Positions 1-15,178 are shown, numbered from the stretch's first letter. The stretch is 64,000 bases of DNA from Eledone cirrhosa (GCA_964016885.1 OZ024758.1:3596001-3660000); one strand, 5' to 3'. Made by a program: numbers and translations. The notes: generated by a model from the sequence alone, not told the origin.

Positions 1-60
1 TTCGTTGGTGAATTTAAAAGGAAACGGATTTGTCTTCATGATAACTGAAATAAGAGACCT

Positions 61-460
61 TATTGCTATTTAGCCCTAGATACACTTGGTTCAGTTCTTT
101 TGCCCTAGATCAATCTTGAGCAGCTATTTAGCCCTAGATCAACATTCTTCTGCTATTTAGTCCTTGGTCAACCATGATCATCTATTTAGCCCTTGGTCAA
201 CGTTGATCATCTATTTAGCCCTAGATCTATCATGAGCAGCTAGTTAGCCCTTGGTCAACCTTGATTGGCTATCTAGTCCTACACCAATCTTGATCAGCTA
301 TTTCGTCCTAGATCAATCATGATAATCTACTTAGCCGTTGGTCAACCTTAATCAGCTATATAGCCCAACATCAACCTTGATCAGCAGCTTCGATTTTAGT
401 TAGCCTAGATCAAGTAGTTATACTATGGTCAATCTTGATCAGCTATTTTGACCCAGATCA
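61..460. repeat. ~29-bp degenerate minisatellite (TATTTAGCCCTAGATCAACCTTGATCAGC-like), ~13 units
   Basis: Recurrent TTTAGCCCTAGATCAA / TTTAGCCCTTGGTCAA units at ~29-bp spacing. Confidence 0.85.
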
Positions 461-562
461 ACTGTAAGCAAGTAAAATACTTCAAAATGTGTGTCAGCCA
501 TAACAAGATATTTCTATTAATTATCAAGGACTACTCAATATATTATTACATATGATTTACTT

Positions 563-740
563 CGGACTGCAGGGATCAATTTGAGCGACACTTTGACTGC
601 TATGTCTCCATTGTGGAATGAGATTGACTACTATTACATAGAGCTAGGTCATTTACATCGGACTGCGCGGATCAATTTGAGCGACACTTTGACTGCTATT
701 TCTCCATCGTCGAATGAGATTGACTACTATTACATAGATC
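563..740. repeat. 96-bp-period tandem duplication
   Basis: CGGACTGC..GGATCAATTTGAGCGACACTTTGACTGCTAT..GAATGAGATTGACTACTATTACATAGA at 563 and 659. Confidence 0.9.
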
Positions 741-1908
741 AAGGTAATTTCCTTGCATTGTTATTATTTATTTGAATCTAGAAATGTATGTGGCTATCAC
801 TTTATATACAATACTTTTCTAATATTTTATGCTTATTTTAACATTAATAGCTTAATTTAAGTTAAGTTATGTCGTCATTTTCTATGATCTACATAATTTA
901 TCCATTATAAAGTAATAAATATATTTAGACATTATCAGAAAATTCTCTCGGAAACAGGACAACGATGAAAAATGTAGAACAATATTAACAATACTGCCGA
1001 TATCACTGTTCACCAGTTGTTCGTCTGTCTTCTACCTAGGTTCAGTAAGACTCGCATCATTGTGATCATTACATGAATGGCTGATCAAACACAAATCACT
1101 TTGTCAGCTAGTGTAGGAATGATAATTAAATGGATTAAATTTAATTAATTAAATTGATGGCGTCTATCTAAGAAACGGAAACTTCATCAACTTAACAGCA
1201 GACTAAAATATCAAACGCAGATGTGTTGTTGTTATGATGGTGTGTTTTAATCAGATGGAAGTGGTGGTGAGGATGGGTTCCTTTGTTGTTGTTGTTGTGA
1301 TGCAGATGCTGAAACATTATTTTGGTGACAATGATGATGATTGGGATAATGATAATGAAGAAGAGGTCGAACTAGATGAAAAAGACGTCCAGACGAAACG
1401 ACATTGATGATGATGAGGACGAAGTGATAAAAGTAGAGCAAGGGGTGAAGTGGAATAGGTGCAGGAAGAGGAGGTAGTAGGAGGTGAAAGTGCAGTAGGG
1501 GTGGAGGGTGGGGGGATTATGATGACAAAGATTACAATTATTTTTAAAGTATTTATTGATGAAGATTTAAAAAACTGTTTAACATATTTTGACAATAATA
1601 ATACCTGTTAATATATAGTTCGCATGAAATATTTCGTCTGTTACCTGTACTGCAGAAATCTCACCTGCGTCTATTGTTGAGCTTTTAGTTAGGAATTGTT
1701 GAAGTGAGTGTCTAATATTAAAAGTCTTCATTCAACATAAATAATTTCAAATGTTTAATAAAATATATTGTTCAATTCTACGTTTACATATAACATTGGT
1801 TAATGTAATAAACAGAACATGTTTTTGTTGTTTTTATGTTTATTATTGTAGTGATGTATATTTCGAAATGTATCTTTGAAAGTATGCAGACGGACAAATA
1901 TGTATACA

Positions 1909-2071
1909 TTTTCCTATTACCCACTCTACTATACATGTATAGTAGAGTGGGTAATAGGAAAAGAGTTAGGACCCTGACGGCTGAGCTCAGGCCGTTTGGA
2001 CAGATAGATCCGATTTAGCTGTCGAAGTCGAAACGGCCGGAGTTCAGTCGTCAAGGTCCTGACACTTTTCC

Positions 2072-2072
<1 letters not shown>
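1909..2072. mobile_element. Family-B Penelope-like end, doubly inverted (includes perfect 54-bp palindrome 1909-1962)
   Basis: Shares TTCCTATTACCCACTCTACT and GAAACGGC..GTCG segments with copies at 24081, 51431 and 52876. Confidence 0.75.
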
Positions 2073-2134
<62 letters not shown>

Positions 2135-2559
2135 GGCGGTGTACATGCAACTATCCAAATATTTCTGTGAAGTATTGATGTGTGTAGTATTATAGATATT
2201 GTTTTGTTCATCATTCTAATGCTCGGTGTGATCATGACGATGATGGCGATTATGAAGATGATGATTATATTGATAACGGCGTTGATTTATGAAATGAATT
2301 TTTGAAATATGAAAAAATTAAAATATTATGACTTTCTAATTTAGTTCTCTCGACGGGAAAAAATCTGATTTTCACAATGAGGCTGTCAGCCATTCACACA
2401 ATCAATCAATCAATGAATTAATAAGTCTGTCTACAATCTGATAGATTGTCCGTCTATGTAGGAATCAAACAAATTTGATCTGCATTAACTACGCCACCAC
2501 CATCTCACCACTTCACCACTACTCCATTTATTTGAGTATATTTGAATATAAAGACAATA

Positions 2560-4455
<1,896 letters not shown>

Positions 4456-5212
4456 AGAGGAGCCAGAACCAAATGGGAAAAAATGGTAAATAATGACACA
4501 AATGGGACCTGCCCCTTGTATAGGAGCAAATTTTGGAATAGAATAGAAAGAACTAGGAATAAGGCTAATAGAATAAACTCAAGAGGTGAATTAGCTTACA
4601 AATTTAGAAGGGCCCTAGATAAACATAAACTCAATATTAAGATAGTAGAAAGACCAGATACCTCCATAAAAACAATTATTAGCAATACATACTTTTTTCA
4701 AAGAAATGTATAATCTGTAAATTAAACCCCCATATAAACTGTAAAACTAGAAATGTAGTATATAGCATAAGATGTACTGAAGGACAATTTAGAGATTAAA
4801 ATATAGTGTACATTGGTGAGACAGCTCGTAGTATAGGGGAACGGATAAATGAACACTGACGAGACCTTCAAGATAGTAAAGAATCATCTGTACTCTACCA
4901 ACATGCTAAAATAGAACATAAGGGTAAATTAGAGAACATAGAAATAAAAATAGAATCTACACACAGAAAAGAAGCAAGATGGCGTAGGACAGAACAAAGG
5001 AGAGGCACAAAAACAAAGAAAAGAATCCCCAGTCACTGAAGAGGTCACAGAATGTGTGACGAAAGAACTTTGACAATATATAAACAATCATCTGATTGTG
5101 GAACCAACCAACCAGCCGGAAATTTATAAATTCCTAAATTTATAAATTTATTATAATAAATTGAAGTGAAAGCAACTGGTGCGTGTGTTTCTTATTGGCA
5201 AAGTATAACAAT
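4456..5212 (+). mobile_element. 5'-truncated, decayed Penelope-like element 3' end: linker, GIY-YIG endonuclease and 3' terminal region
   Basis: From ~4737: NCKTRNVVYSIRCTEGQFRD*NIVYIGETARSIGERINEH*RDLQDSKESSVLYQHAKIEH (VVY..C / YIGET.R / EH / H..H pattern of PLE GIY-YIG); upstream ORF 4483-4713 is linker-like; flanked by (TA)n; hammerhead at 5032. Confidence 0.9.
5032..5074 (+). ncRNA. Minimal type I hammerhead ribozyme in the PLE 3' region
   Basis: GUCA-CUGAAGA-G-GUCACA(GAAUG)UGUGAC-GAAA-GAAC-UU-UGAC; stem I GUCA/UGAC, 6-bp stem II. Confidence 0.75.
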
Positions 5213-5874
5213 ATATATATATATATATACATATATATATTTATACATACATATAAACATGTGTTTCATTATTTATGTGTATATACAAGTGGGCAGCATT
5301 GTATGGATTTTGTAAGATATGTCTGGTAAGCCAAATAGAAGCTAGGTGGAGACAATTTTAAAGTGTTCCATAGATTGATATGGATAAGGCACGTTCATTA
5401 ATTAGAAACTAAAATCCTGAGATACGTTTGTGATTTGAAAAATTTAATATCTGTTGAAATATAAGATGAGAACAAAAGGGTAAAACGAATGTTTGTGATT
5501 GTACGTCTGTGAAAGATAAAATTAGTTAAAAGTAAGAGACATTAAGTCGTATAGAATATCGAGAAAGAGAGAAAGAGATGAGAAGGGAAGTGGTGGAAAA
5601 ATAGTGGAGATTGACGAACAGAAAATAAAGATGAGTGCGTCAGAAAGAGTAAGTCTGTGTGTTTGTGTGAATATTGGTAAATGTTAAAGAATCTAAGCAG
5701 ACTTGTAATCGGATAGAAAGGGAATCTGTCTATGATAAATTAATGATGAAAGAGAAATTAATCAAATACTTACTGCAAAAAAGTGGTCGTATCAATCGCC
5801 TAGTCATATGTTCAAATACGTTGAATGCTTTTATGGAAAAAATATTTTGTGGACAAAATATTTTCTTATGAACA

Positions 5875-5965
5875 TTTACGATCTGAGTTCAAATTTCACC
5901 GAGGTTAGGTTTGCCTTCCATCCTTACAAGATCGATAAAATAAAGCACCAATAATGCACTGGGTT
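5875..5965 (+). mobile_element. SINE-A (tRNA-derived, Meta-like central domain), partial
   Basis: GAGTTCAAAT B box followed by TTTGCCTTCCATCCTTAC..TCGATAAAATAAAG. Confidence 0.75.
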
Positions 5966-8627
5966 GAGTTAAATGTCTATATATCAATAAGTGTTTTTAC
6001 GAATAATATATTTATTCAAGTAGTCGATATTATTTTTTTATTTCATATTTAAAATATAATATAAATGTATCATTATAACCATAGAATCTAATTAATAATA
6101 GTCATTGCAGACTTCAATTAAAAAAAAATAAATCTTGAGAACGCGAGAATCTAGTTTGTTAAACGACAATACAGTAAAGGATTCAAGTTTATCCAATGAA
6201 ATATTATCAAAATTTAATTGAGTATAAAAACAAAATATCTAAAAGATTAGTTAACTTCTTTCGTTATAGATATTCAGGGCCGCTTAAATCATAACTGATG
6301 AGATTCTTACCATACCGGTAGTGATTTTTAGAATCGTCAACTAGAAAATTTGTAATCAAGTTTGTCAAAATCACATCCAATCTGACGGTAAAATTCTATT
6401 ACTTAGATTACAGGAGATGGTAAAACTGCATTTCTTGTAGATTAAATCAAGATATTCTCAAAGATAATGTCGGCTGTTTATCTTTGATAAGAGAGATTGT
6501 TTGATTAAATATTCAACAAACCGTATTCCGGCTTTGTTCCATCAATTATAATATTCTCAAGTGAACCATTACTGACAACCGAGAGTGTTTAGGCTGAATC
6601 AAATTAGTCCGGCCAGAACGCAGCAGGATAATATTATATAGTATCAATAGTGAGACATTATGCTACATTGGCAAAAACCTGTAAATCAAACGAAAACAAA
6701 ACAATGCAAAACTGCATTTCTGAGGTATATCAATTTTAGCTTCACAAGTTCAAACTCCACGGAGTTTCATTCTAGCTTTCACAATTCTGCAGAAAATAAA
6801 ATATTTCTCAGTATTGTACTATATCTATAAGAAGTCTTGGAGCATTTTTTTAATATAAGGTTGCCAAAGATATGTGTCAATTAATTCATTAAAGTACCAA
6901 TTACACATAAAAGGGTTGAAAATTGGTTTTTGAAGGAGGTTGAAAATCAGAAATGATTACACTGAAAATAATTATGCCTGATAATTTCTTGATTCTTTGA
7001 CAGAGAAATCTGTGAAGAAAAACTCTTTGATTTTAATTAATTTTTGCTTTGTAGTATTAAATACAAACTATAGTATTACAGCATTACATTTATATAGTAT
7101 AGCATTACATTTATACACAATGGCTGTGTCTGTGTGCGTACAGTGAAGTGTATACAATTTTATTTATGAATATAGGTTTACAATATGATAAAATTCGTCT
7201 GTCTGTTAACTATATTCCCCAATACATTATGCTATAAATATACAGCATCTGGCACAGTATTCAAACAAACAACCCGGAAAGGTAATTCAATTTCTAGTTT
7301 CATTGCCTAGACGCATTAATGATACAGCAATTCTAAATATCTTTAGAAACGTTTATATTTCCAAAACTTTGTTCCGGCTTCTAGTTTTGCTATTATATAC
7401 ATATATATCTCAATAATATCGTTATGCTTGTCACTTTTGACAACGCTATACAACATTGATATGGATCTGCTATCGCTTCTTTCACCATAACATTCTCTCA
7501 GTGAATTTCTGTTTTCATCATCAGTGAAAGATTGCATAAACGGAAATAGACAATTTATAACGATCTCCAAATTCTTTCATATCTATATAACTATATATTA
7601 CAACTTCACCCTCACTAATATTTCTATTAATATGATTCGACTTTTCAGTACATGATACATCGTCCAAATCATGGTAATGTTTCATAACTTTTAATCAAGA
7701 TAAACGTGAATTGTATATTTTATTGGTGATGATTGATTATTACTGATGTAACGTATAATAAATGAAAATCCTTCGGTTCCATATTGTGATCGCTGTAACA
7801 GATGGATTGAAATTTTCTGTAATCTAAGCATTATGAACCGGGAGGTTTTGATGTCTAAATAGAAACGTTTCTATACCTGATTGTCATTTATAATTTACAC
7901 TTATCATTTCAATTACTCTGTATATATTGATAATATTGACTTAGTTAATATAAGAAATATTCGTATAATATGTCATGGAAGTTACTAAAATAAATAAATA
8001 TTAATTCCTGATTCAATTTCTCAGTATCACCGAGGTTGTGAACTTAGACGAGCACAGAAATAAAATAGAAATATTTATACAGAAAAGTCTTAAATGGGAA
8101 AATGCAAAAGGGTAGCATATATTTTCGACTACTACTTGTCTCTCCTCAAAAATATTTCCAAAAGTTATCTGCGTAAGGAAGCACTAACTAAAATACTATA
8201 CCTTAATTAATGCTCACAAAAGTGGTATTCATATATACAAATATTCGAACATAAATGATGAGTTCAAATCTGTTTTGACTTACGATCGTAATGTAGAGGG
8301 TTATATTCCAATAGCTTGGCATTTAATCCTGCGATGGATTGGTGTCCTGTTCGAGGTGAATATTGTTCTCTCAGTCGGCTATGAAATCAGGATAAGCACT
8401 GATTGCAGTGTACCAGATCATGCAAGTATGCTAATCAATTGATGTAATATATAGTGGGGATCCATTATGTTAATAGGGAAAACATTAGTTACCTTGCCTC
8501 CATTTACATAGGGGTCTTAAAAACATAAGACTGATTAACTGTGTATATATATATGTATATTGATCGAGGAAAACCTAAATATTAACTCTACATGTTTGAA
8601 ACACACATATGTGTGTGTATAACACAC

Positions 8628-8732
<105 letters not shown>

Positions 8733-8974
8733 ACTTCGCCTTAACAAATCGGTTTTTAGTATCTCGATTAATCAGCTGAAAGTTACGTGTAAATACTTTC
8801 ATAAAATTTGGCAGTTAAATTGATATATCACCCTGTTGTGGATGGTGTACGATAATTTAAGTTACTTTGGCACGGGAATTCGTTTAAAAAATATGGATTT
8901 CTACTTAGGCGGGCTTGGTTTATCAATAAGCGAGGGGAATTGAAATAAGACAACGAATTAACGAAATGAAACAA

Positions 8975-9007
<33 letters not shown>

Positions 9008-9870
9008 ATACATACACACACATAAATATATGTGTATATATATATATATATTTATGTATATATATATGTATGTGTTTGTGTATGTATGGAAGTATATATA
9101 AACATAATGAATCAGAGATTTACAGCAGAAACTTCATAAAGAATTTAGTGTATGTTTCGCCGACCAATTTCCGAAGGAAATCCTAATGATCTTTTTTGGA
9201 ATCTATTCAATTTCTGTCGTACTTTGATGTATCTTATAGAACAAGAATGTAAGCAGTTGTGCTCTCATATTTAAACACGCACACATACACACATACACAC
9301 ATACACACATACACACAAACATTCAAACACATAGACAGACATAATCACCTAGATGCACAGAGCTAAATATTTGAAAATTTGATTGTATTCTCATAATTTT
9401 AACAATGTTGCAATTATAAAATTAGAGAATTTTTACACAAAATGAAATCAACTCCCTGATTAATATTCTAAAGATTCACTATTATATTAATAGTTGTGAT
9501 TGTGGTAGAGCTATATTTATAAGTATATATATTTATATATATATATATTATGTAAATATATATATATATGTGTGAGTGTGTGTATGAATATATATATATA
9601 AACAATGATTTATATGTTGATTATCATTCAACAAAGTTAATTTTATAACAGATTAGAAACATTCTACAAAATTTATTTGGAGTATTATTTATATTAATAA
9701 ATGGAGAATATCTTTATGATACCATATTTAATTATTATAAAATAGATATGGTATTATAAAGTATTTTCAATTTTATTAATATTGTTTGTGTGTGTAGAGG
9801 GCAGAGAGAGAGGACAAAGCACAGGACTCACCTTAATTCTGTCGCCAGAATTACTGCTAGATGGGCAAGG

Positions 9871-10278
9871 TGTTATGAACTGCCATCCCTAGCTTGCCAG
9901 TCGCCCGACACATACACCTACACACCCGTGGGCTCCCGCATAGACAGACAGAATTAAGGTGAGTGACACCTCACGCATGAATGGTAATGGTCAGTGGGCA
10001 GTTTTGAATGGTGAAACATACAGATGACGCCCCGAACTTTTGACCAATCGACGGGCCGCGCAAACAGGATGATGGCAGATGATAGAAATTCTAAGTATCG
10101 TAGTCCAACAGAAAGAGGATTTGCTTCGAAATCACAAGACGTATTTGAGGAACTTACGAATCCAGAGTCAGGTTTGATCCACAAACAGATCGTACCTCGA
10201 GCTGTTCGCCGGAGAAACATTTGTAATACGTAATAAAATGTGTTCCGATGCATCACTGATTCTTCGTTTTCCATAATA
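9871..10278 (+). mobile_element. Possible solo LTR (~408 bp)
   Basis: GC-richer block starting TGTTATG and ending CATAATA (near-inverse termini), AATAAA ~45 bp from the end; no target-site duplication seen. Confidence 0.4.
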
Positions 10279-10288
10279 TATATATATT

Positions 10289-10330
<42 letters not shown>

Positions 10331-10428
10331 TTACACTAATCCGGAGTAACCGAACCAACCTGCGCACCTCGTCGAGTGCTCCAGCCTGCATACTGAGGTG
10401 TTGGTATACAACCAACATAAACTCAAAA

Positions 10429-10476
<48 letters not shown>

Positions 10477-10489
10477 TATACATATATAT

Positions 10490-11100
10490 ATGGTGGCTGC
10501 CAACTCGTTTTCGAGTACGGCCACTACTTTATATCCATGTAGGAGAACCCCTACCGATGCGCTGAACGAGTGTGATTTTTTAGTCCAGCCAGCGACTTGA
10601 AAGCTCTGGTACAAACACTACACTTGTGACAATTATTGACACATAGTGCTGGGCCCATGGTACCATGTGACGACAAGTGCAGAGAGATCTCCAGATATAA
10701 AGCAATGCCTGTGCTGTGAAGCTTTTATAGTGAGCAAAGGCACTGCACAAAGCCAGTCCCACTCTCTTAACCAAGATGATATTTACCAAAAAGAAGAACA
10801 AGTCAACATCATTGGATACCATCAGAGTTGCAGGTGTTATATCAGAGTTTTCCTTCTCCTAGAATTCTGCCTTGACAAAGGCTAAGGGGTCATCTCTCCC
10901 GGTGATTTTGGATGGCCATTGACTCTTAAGAGCTCCTTTGCCTTTTGACAGGTTTTGTTTTTAGTCCTGCAGGATGTCCAAAGTCACCCTCCTCACCAAG
11001 AAACCTTGGTGGGGTTGCCAGTTTAGTCGCCAACGACCCGACCATGAGACAGGTTGTACTGGGATACATGTTACCAGTAGCACCAACTGGTGACCTGACA
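10490..11100 (-). mobile_element. Probable LINE (RTE-like) 5' UTR fragment inserted in (TA)n
   Basis: GC-richer block bounded by TA tracts; minus strand CTAGGAGAAGGAAAACTCTGA motif resembles RTE 5' UTRs (from recall); no ORF left. Confidence 0.45.
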
Positions 11101-11620
<520 letters not shown>

Positions 11621-12116
11621 ATGTCGTGCATGTATGTTAGTGGTGCATGCTTTTAAACCCATGTGATGCCTTTCTTTAGAAGATACAAATGAGAATCACG
11701 AGTACTTAAGGCGGTAAGAACAAAGTTTTCAAAAATTATATTATTATTACATATTGGATAAAATAGAAATCGAATGCTTTGATATCATTTTATATTCCCA
11801 AGCGATATATTGAATTTCTTTCAGTTCACAGATATTTCATTCTGTTGCAATTATTGTTTTTATTTTTATTATTGGGGTTTCAGTCGTACATATACTAACA
11901 CTTGAATTGATGGTAAGAAGGCTTGTGTGTCGGATAAATTGCTTGCAATATGTGTTCTGATTCATAACATTCCGAGTCCGAATCTCGCCGAGTTCAAAAA
12001 TGTATTTTGCCCTTCTGATATCAATAAAATAATACAATTTTTACCAGTAAATATTTGGGTCCATATAGAGAACTTTCATTTCACCACAAATTGTTGACCT
12101 TGTGTCTGATTGGAAA

Positions 12117-12438
12117 TAATGGTTTCTTATATAGACACAAGGCCAGCTATTTTGGGGCAGGGGAAAGTCGATTATATCGACCCCAGTGCGTGACTTGTAC
12201 TTTATTTTATCGACTCCGAAAGAATGAAAGGCAAGGGTAATCTCGGCGGAATTTGAACTCAGATCATAAAGGACTGTAACTATATGCTGCAAAGCATAAC
12301 GGCCGACCATCTACCGATACTGCCAATTCATATGGTTTCTTATATAGGCACAAGGCCAGCAATTTTGGGCGGGAGGGGAGAGTCGATTAAATCGACTCCA
12401 GTGCGTGACGGGTACTTTATTTCATCGACCCAGTAAGG
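12117..12438 (-). mobile_element. SINE-A, one near-full copy plus one 3' partial copy
   Basis: Reverse complement of A box TGGCAGTATCGG, B box GAGTTCAAATTC and tail TTGCTGGCCTTGTG. Confidence 0.85.
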
Positions 12439-12466
12439 TCACACATACGCACACACACACACACAC

Positions 12467-12691
12467 TGCAAGATATGTCAACATGAATGGAGCTGTTATT
12501 TTTATCTAAACACATTTTTTCCAATTCCACCCCGCCCGTCCCCTCAATCTATCTTATTTCTCATTCTTTCTTATGATGAAAGAGTAGCGTCCGAAACGTT
12601 AAGACCCTCTTCCTGTTATATCAAGCATTAACCTAATATATCGCTTGCATATACTGTACTGATTGTGTTGTTATTTCTGTTTACATTTTAC
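12467..12691 (+). mobile_element. Family-D ~220-bp non-autonomous element with central degenerate hammerhead (12569-12604)
   Basis: Homologous to 44156-44390(-) and 55441-55575(+); TCTT-ATGATGA-AAGAGTAGCGTCC-GAAACGTT-AAGA. Confidence 0.8.
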
Positions 12692-12696
12692 ATACT

Positions 12697-12725
<29 letters not shown>

Positions 12726-12728
<3 letters not shown>

Positions 12729-12843
12729 GGAACGAGTTGGACCCCGGGATCCTACTCGTTCCTATTACCCACTCTACTACACTTAGACCATAACGCACCA
12801 AAGTACTCAATACTATCTGGTTCCTTACCACATTTCCTTCGTT
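12726..12843 (+). mobile_element. Family-B PLE-like end with 5' inversion and internal inversion
   Basis: ATAGGAACGAGTTGGACCC / GGGATCCTACTCGTTCCTAT arms; 12786-12814 is the reverse complement of the family tail. Confidence 0.8.
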
Positions 12844-13439
12844 ATATATCTATATATATATATATATATATACATAAGTTGTAGTGCTGATGGATACATG
12901 TTGAGAGATGGTATATTTACAAGCTTCACGTGTTCTTAAGTTAATTCTTTATTGTTTCACTGTGCTTGTGGCCGATTCTGTAAGAAAAAAAGAAAATCTT
13001 CCGTTTTAACATTGTTCAAACACTTGTCAGCCAGAACAAAATGTTTCTTGTCATTATTTTTAATATAATTCTCTGTTTTTCTTGTTTTATTTTCTCACTT
13101 GTCAGATATTAGCCACGCAGAGAAAATCCTTGATAAAATCTTTGCATGACATTTTGAAATCCCATTTTCACGTTCGTTTAAAATTTTCTAAATAGTTTAG
13201 TTTATTGCTTCTTAAAGCGCCTTGCAGCTTTTTTTACCTGGTGTTATGTTTTATATTTGTTGTCTTAGCTAAAAAGAGAAACCATTTTGTTTATTTTCAT
13301 GTCTTTTAGATATTTCTATTATTTACTCTTTATCTTATTCTAGATACTTTAGTTATGATGCAACAGCCATCTTATAGTTTCCCTTTACCGAAGACCATTG
13401 GTAACTGTATGCTATTGATACTTCACTTGTGATACTTCA

Positions 13440-13566
13440 CAGCGGGGCCCAAAAATCGCAATACATAGGACACTTTTACGTTTCCATATTTATTTATTTT
13501 GAATGAATTGTTTCTTACATAAAACATAATTATTTTATTTATGTATGGTGGTTTTCGGCCACCCTG
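13440..13566. mobile_element. Degenerate Tc1/mariner-type MITE
   Basis: CAGCGGGGCCCAAAA ... TTTTCGGCCACCCTG-TA imperfect terminal inverted repeats. Confidence 0.45.
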
Positions 13567-13671
13567 TACATCTGCTTTCACGTACAGAATATTTTAATAA
13601 CAAATTGTTGATCTCCTGTATTGACATCCATTATCATATATTTCACATTCAGCATGTTTTCAATACAAACA

Positions 13672-13850
13672 TAATTGTTTCTACTTTTGGCACAAGGCCA
13701 GCAATTATCCTAGTGGATTACTGGTACTTTGTTTTATCCACCCTGTAAGGGTGAAAGGCAAAGTTAATTTCGACGGGATTTGAACTTAGAACATAAAGGG
13801 ACGTAACTATGCTGGAAAGCATGGCGGCCGACCCTCTACCGATACCGCCA
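13672..13850 (-). mobile_element. SINE-A full copy
   Basis: A/B boxes, central domain and GTAGAAACAATT tail on minus strand. Confidence 0.9.
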
Positions 13851-14685
13851 ATAATGTCTCATAATTTTCCTTCCTGGCCTTTTCTTTCATTTGTCTGCAT
13901 GTTAATCTTTGATTCCTTCATAAGTAAATATTTGTACGTGTGCCGTTGTTTAATTCTTCGATCTCCGTTTAGTTATCTAACATGGTATTAATTATGTTAT
14001 TGTATATGTTTTCCAAGGGGGGATAACTGTGTATGTTTTGATCAAGATTTATGTCATTTTTTTTCGGATTTATTTCAATGCCAGGGGCAAATCTTACGAA
14101 TCATATATAGTTAATTCCTTTCCCATAGCATTAGCAACTATATAAAGTTTAATTTAGCTGGCGGGTTAAATATATTAATAAATGCAAACAGAAAATGAAT
14201 GTTGAGAGAAAATTTCCAGATATTTTCACTCTTTGATTATCTATTTTAAATCACTACTGTGTTTCTAGCAGTAGATGCTTTTGAGGATTTTTTTATGAAT
14301 GTTAGATGTGTGTGCAGCTTATTTCAGTTGCTTTGGCCATTAATTCTACTAGCAGAAAACCACCCTTAGGGTGGTTTTCTGCTAGCATGTGTAGTGTGCA
14401 TATTGATTATATACGCAAGTATATATGCATGATATATACAATAAAATCGTAATTAACAATATCCACAGAAATTGAAAGAAGTCTGAGTTACACTGTCTTA
14501 TGTAATCAGTAAAGTAATCCATGATACATTAAAAGAAGACGATATTATATATAAACTGCATTAGGAAAAAAAATTAGTGACGGAAATATATGAATGTTTA
14601 TTTAAGGGATCGCTAACCGGAAGTGTTGACATTTGAAAATGTTAAAGAAGTGAATCTTTAAATAACTTTAAATAAGCAATAAAAT

Positions 14686-14716
<31 letters not shown>

Positions 14717-15178
14717 TTATGTATAATACAACCGCTTAGTTACTTTCTAATCGTGTTATATATATATGCATATAGATATATAAGCATATGTGTGTATGTA
14801 TGCATTTATGTGCATACATATGTGTCTATATATATTTTCTTTTCTGATTTTCAGATCTCTTGTCTCTTCTTATATCACGCAGTATCATATGAGTTTCCAT
14901 ATATCTGGATGTTGGATGAGGAATTTATAATTATAATACTCAGATGGTAAATTTTTATTATCAGTTACAAAGCTTATAAAATGTTCCTACACTGTAATAA
15001 GAAAACTATGTACAATACTACATACACACAGACATTCGACACATACTCTCAGATGAACAAACACACGTACACACAAACATACAGAACCGATATATATGGA
15101 GATATATATTCACTCGAATAAGCGTGCGTTCAGACACGTAATTTGAAGCTTATCCGACAGATCGTATCACTTGCATTC

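Noticed and set aside
4860-4862. In-frame TGA near 4857-4860 in the GIY-YIG fragment as selenocysteine (Naiad-like)
   Set aside because: An in-frame TAA also occurs, the TGA is not at a Cys position and the endonuclease appears C-terminal; ordinary decay is more likely
14855-14946. Candidate + strand exon (TTTTCAG..ATG|GTAAAT)
   Set aside because: Splice-like signals only; no recognisable peptide or partner exons
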